Of a stretch of 64,000 nucleotides of DNA, positions 61,020 to 64,000 are shown in pieces. Within the stretch, counting starts at the first letter, position 1. Every line of letters begins with the position of its first letter. The position numbers were made by a program, and so were the translations under genes. Below the pieces are notes generated by a model, which was not told where the DNA came from, did no database searches, and was given only the letters and a program-made list of their open reading frames with translations. This DNA comes from Clostridia bacterium. Lineage in GTDB: Bacteria > Bacillota > Clostridia > UMGS1883 > UMGS1540. The DNA is taken from the NCBI GenBank assembly GCA_017620205.1, contig JAFZQX010000019.1:18887-82886 (forward strand). Direction: 5' to 3'.

Positions 61020-62462
61020 TTAAGACAAATCTTCAACATAAAGTGTCCTTACGCCATTGCTGTCGGTTGACGGTGTACTGCTTGCTGTCTGTGCCTGGGC
61101 TTCAGCTTTAAGCGTGCCGTTTTTACGTTTCTCAAAGAATTTCTGAGCAACCTGGGGAAGGAGCGCATAGCTTAATACGTCTTCTTCTTTTTCATAGAAG
61201 CCCATTTCCTTAAGTTCTTTTGTATAGTTTTCAAGTTCGGGTTTCAAAAGATCTGCGGGACGGCATGTGATTACTTCGTCGTCACCGATAGCAAGTTTTC
61301 TTACTTCTTCGTTAACGGGTGCGGGAAGATTGCCGTACTCGCCGCGGAGAAGACCTTTTGATTCTTTAGAAATGTTTTTATATTTACCTAAAAGAACGTT
61401 TAAAACAGCCTGTGTTCCGACAATCTGGCTTGTTGGAGTTACAAGCGGGGGATAGCCGAAATCTTTACGCACTCTCGGAACTTCTGCGAGCACTTCATAA
61501 TATTTATCTTCGGCGTTTGCCTGCTGGAGCTGTGAGATAAGGTTTGAAAGCATACCGCCGGGAACCTGATAACGAAGAGTGTTCGTATCAACTTTAAGAA
61601 CCTTCGGATTCAAAGTGCCTTCTTCCTGCATTTTATCAGCTACAGTTCTGAAATGTTTAGCAATATCGGAAAGCTTGTTAAGGTCAAGACCCGTATCTCG
61701 TTCCGTTCCTTTGAGCGTTGCAACGAGAGATTCGGTTGCAGGCTGTGATGTACCGTTTGCAAGAGGCGAGAGGGCGCAGTCAACAATATCAACGCCTGCC
61801 TGAGCAGCCATAAGGTTTACCATGTCGCCCGTACCTGTCGTGTTATGTGTATGAAGATGTATGGGCACCTTAACGTCACGCTTGATCTGCGTGATAAGCT
61901 CATATGCGTCATAAGGCAGAAGTAAGTTTGCCATATCTTTAATACAAATTGAATTTGCGCCCATACCTTCAAGCTTTTTAGCAAGCTTTACAAAGTATTC
62001 AATGTCATGAACAGGGCTTATTGTATAGCTTATAGCCGGTTCGCACCAGCCCTTATATTTGTTTGTATATTTGATAGCAGCTTCAAGGTTTCTTTCATCG
62101 TTTAAAGCGTCAAATATACGTATAACGTCTATACCGTTTTCAATTGATTTTTTAACGAACTGTTCAACAACGTCGTCTGCATAGTGCTTATAACCTAAAA
62201 TGTTCTGACCGCGGAAAAGCATCTGCAGTTTTGTGTTGGGCATATGCTTTTTAAGAGTGCGAAGTCTTTCCCAAGGGTCTTCGTCAAGGAAACGCATGCA
62301 AACGTCAAATGTTGCACCGCCCCAGCACTCAAGAGACCAATATCCCATCTGGTCAAGTGCTTCAAGTGCGGGAATCATATCTTCAATGCGCATACGGGTT
62401 GCAGCCTGAGACTGGTGAGCGTCACGCAATATTGTATCTGTTATATATAATTTATTAGCCAT
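61020..62462 (-). CDS. Na+-transporting decarboxylase carboxyltransferase subunit (OadA/pyruvate carboxylase 5S-like, no biotin domain)
   Basis: 480 aa with an N-terminal TIM-barrel carboxyltransferase (ITDTILRDAHQS, HTHNTTG). It ends in an Ala/Ser/Thr-rich tail without a biotinyl domain. Confidence 0.8.
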   Translation of the reverse strand: MANKLYITDTILRDAHQSQAATRMRIEDMIPALEALDQMGYWSLECWGGATFDVCMRFLDEDPWERLRTLKKHMPNTKLQMLFRGQNILGYKHYADDVVEQFVKKSIENGIDVIRIFDALNDERNLEAAIKYTNKYKGWCEPAISYTISPVHDIEYFVKLAKKLEGMGANSICIKDMANLLLPYDAYELITQIKRDVKVPIHLHTHNTTGTGDMVNLMAAQAGVDIVDCALSPLANGTSQPATESLVATLKGTERDTGLDLNKLSDIAKHFRTVADKMQEEGTLNPKVLKVDTNTLRYQVPGGMLSNLISQLQQANAEDKYYEVLAEVPRVRKDFGYPPLVTPTSQIVGTQAVLNVLLGKYKNISKESKGLLRGEYGNLPAPVNEEVRKLAIGDDEVITCRPADLLKPELENYTKELKEMGFYEKEEDVLSYALLPQVAQKFFEKRKNGTLKAEAQAQTASSTPSTDSNGVRTLYVEDLS

Positions 62463-62482
62463 TTGCCAGCCTTCTTTCTATA

Positions 62483-63679
62483 CTATTTTAAGAACAGTGA
62501 TAAGAACGCGCCTGCTGCTATTGCAGAACCTATAACGCCTGCAACGTTCGGACCCATAGCGTGCATAAGCAGGAAATTTTTCGGATTTTCTTTCTGACCT
62601 ACTACCTGAGATACACGCGCAGCCATCGGAACTGCTGAAACGCCTGCGCTGCCGATAAGCGGGTTTATCTTGTTCTTTGTAAAGAGGTTCATTATTTTAG
62701 CAAGTAATACACCGCCTGCAGTACCGAAACCGAATGCGCATACGCCCATCAGCACGATGCCAAGTGTTCTTCCTGTTAAGAATACATCTGCAGTTGCTGT
62801 TGCACCTACAGATACACCGAGGAATACTGTTACAATATTCATAAGCTCGTTCTGTACTGTTTTGCTGAGTCTTTCACATACGCCGCACTCACGCAAAAGG
62901 TTACCGAGCATCAAGCAGCCGATAAGCGGAGCTGCAGAGGGAAGTAAAAGGGCAACAAAAGCTGTTACTATAATAGGAAATACGATTTTTTCGGTTTTAC
63001 TTACAGGTCTTAACTGCTTCATAACTATCTGGCGCTCTTTTTTCGTTGTTAAAAGCTTCATGATAGGAGGCTGAATAACCGGTACGAGAGCCATGTATGA
63101 ATAAGCAGCAACCGCAATAGGACCTAATAGGTCAGGCGCAAGTTTGCTTGTTACGTAAATAGCCGTAGGACCGTCAGCACCGCCTATGATACCTGTTGAA
63201 GCAGCTTCAAAGGGGTTAAAGCCGATTGCTCTTGCGCCAAAGAATGCGATAAAGATACCAAGCTGTGCAGCGGCGCCCAAAAGGAGACTTTTCGGGTTTG
63301 CAATAAGCGGACCGAAGTCTGTCATAGCGCCAACGCCAATAAATATAAGACAAGGATAAATACCGAGCTTAACGCCAAGATAAAGAATATCAATAAGTCC
63401 GACAGCTACAGTTTTACCTTCACCAACCGGAATTCCGTTTCCGAACATTTCCCAATGTACATGACCGCCTTCAAACAGCTGTGTATGATACATGTGCGCA
63501 CCCGGTAAATTTGTAAGAAGCATACCGAATGCAATAGGGAGAAGCAAGAGGGGCTCAAATTTTTTAACTATGGCGAGATAGAGAAGTACAAATGAAATAA
63601 TTATCATTATGAGTACTTTCGGGTCATTTGCAAGTAAAGCAAAACCCGTATCACTCGCGAATTTTGTTATTGTTTCCAT
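62483..63679 (-). CDS. Na+-transporting decarboxylase beta subunit (OadB/GcdB/MmdB family)
   Basis: 398-aa polytopic membrane protein with conserved OadB blocks. Confidence 0.85.
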   Translation of the reverse strand: METITKFASDTGFALLANDPKVLIMIIISFVLLYLAIVKKFEPLLLLPIAFGMLLTNLPGAHMYHTQLFEGGHVHWEMFGNGIPVGEGKTVAVGLIDILYLGVKLGIYPCLIFIGVGAMTDFGPLIANPKSLLLGAAAQLGIFIAFFGARAIGFNPFEAASTGIIGGADGPTAIYVTSKLAPDLLGPIAVAAYSYMALVPVIQPPIMKLLTTKKERQIVMKQLRPVSKTEKIVFPIIVTAFVALLLPSAAPLIGCLMLGNLLRECGVCERLSKTVQNELMNIVTVFLGVSVGATATADVFLTGRTLGIVLMGVCAFGFGTAGGVLLAKIMNLFTKNKINPLIGSAGVSAVPMAARVSQVVGQKENPKNFLLMHAMGPNVAGVIGSAIAAGAFLSLFLK

Positions 63680-63706
63680 CTGTTAATTACACTCCTTCAG
63701 TATAAA

Positions 63707-64000
63707 TTACGCAATTGTGCAAAGTACCGAACCGCTTTCAACGGTTGAGCCTTTTGTAACAGCAACGGAAGTTACTTTACCGTCGCAAGGAGCCATAATT
63801 TCGTTTTCCATTTTCATAGCTTCAAGTATCATTATTACCTGTCCGGATTTAACAGTATCGCCAACATTTACGTTAACTGCTAAAATGTTGCCGGGCATGG
63901 GGCTCTTAACTGTTTCGCCTGCGCCTGTAGCAGCAGGCGCAGGAGCAGCTGCTTTAGCGGGTGCCGAAGCGGGAGCGCCGTTCATTTCTTCAACTGAAAC
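63707..64000 (-). CDS. biotin carboxyl carrier subunit, 3' portion (gene continues beyond window)
   Basis: C-terminal biotinyl domain with an EAMKM biotinylation motif. The N-terminus lies beyond position 64000. Confidence 0.75.
   Translation of the reverse strand, partial: VSVEEMNGAPASAPAKAAAPAPAATGAGETVKSPMPGNILAVNVNVGDTVKSGQVIMILEAMKMENEIMAPCDGKVTSVAVTKGSTVESGSVLCTIA

Overview
This 64-kb window is from a low-GC, spore-forming Firmicute (Clostridia-like), and about 80% of it is conserved core chromosome in tight operons. On the minus strand it carries mgsA, an orphan minD, a TagO/WecA-like transferase, trpS, a threonine-pathway block (ACT protein, hom, aspartate kinase, then rlmB and apgM), murC, rodA/ftsW, and an oadA/oadB-type Na+-decarboxylase. 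On the plus strand it carries a gerA-type germinant-receptor operon (A-C-B plus a small fourth ORF), spoVG-glmU-prs, a short glnA with an ANTAR regulator, and a DnaD-like/DnaI-like pair followed by murD. It continues with three tandem M42 peptidase paralogs, murA, an MBL hydrolase, rlmH, ligA, serC-serA, a tRNA operon (Gly-Arg-His-Gln-Lys), alaS and a HIT protein.

Three non-core stretches stand out:
- (i) At about 22.4-27.8 kb there is a 5'-truncated gene for a large phage or conjugative-element 'polyvalent' protein. It has a zincin-like HExxH motif and a C-terminal H-Y-E-type ADP-ribosyltransferase-like motif, and it sits next to an AraC-controlled LmbE-deacetylase and NagB-like deaminase pair.
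- (ii) Just downstream of tRNA-Lys lies an 18-nt direct repeat of the tRNA 3' end (an att-site-like scar), then a dense array of inverted repeats upstream of a Dabb-family gene.
- (iii) From lexA to a vWA gene is a tightly packed run on one strand. It comprises lexA, a small ORF, a Y-family polymerase, a macro domain fused to an HTH, a SpoT-like small alarmone hydrolase (SAH), and a stand-alone vWA gene whose ribosome-binding site is buried in a 20-bp hairpin. This is the best candidate here for an undescribed stress or conflict module.

Other signals: a short motif repeated after two unrelated stop codons, GC-rich palindromes in AT-rich spacers, and a degenerate third M42 paralog. No CRISPR arrays, rRNA genes, integrases or transposases were seen.
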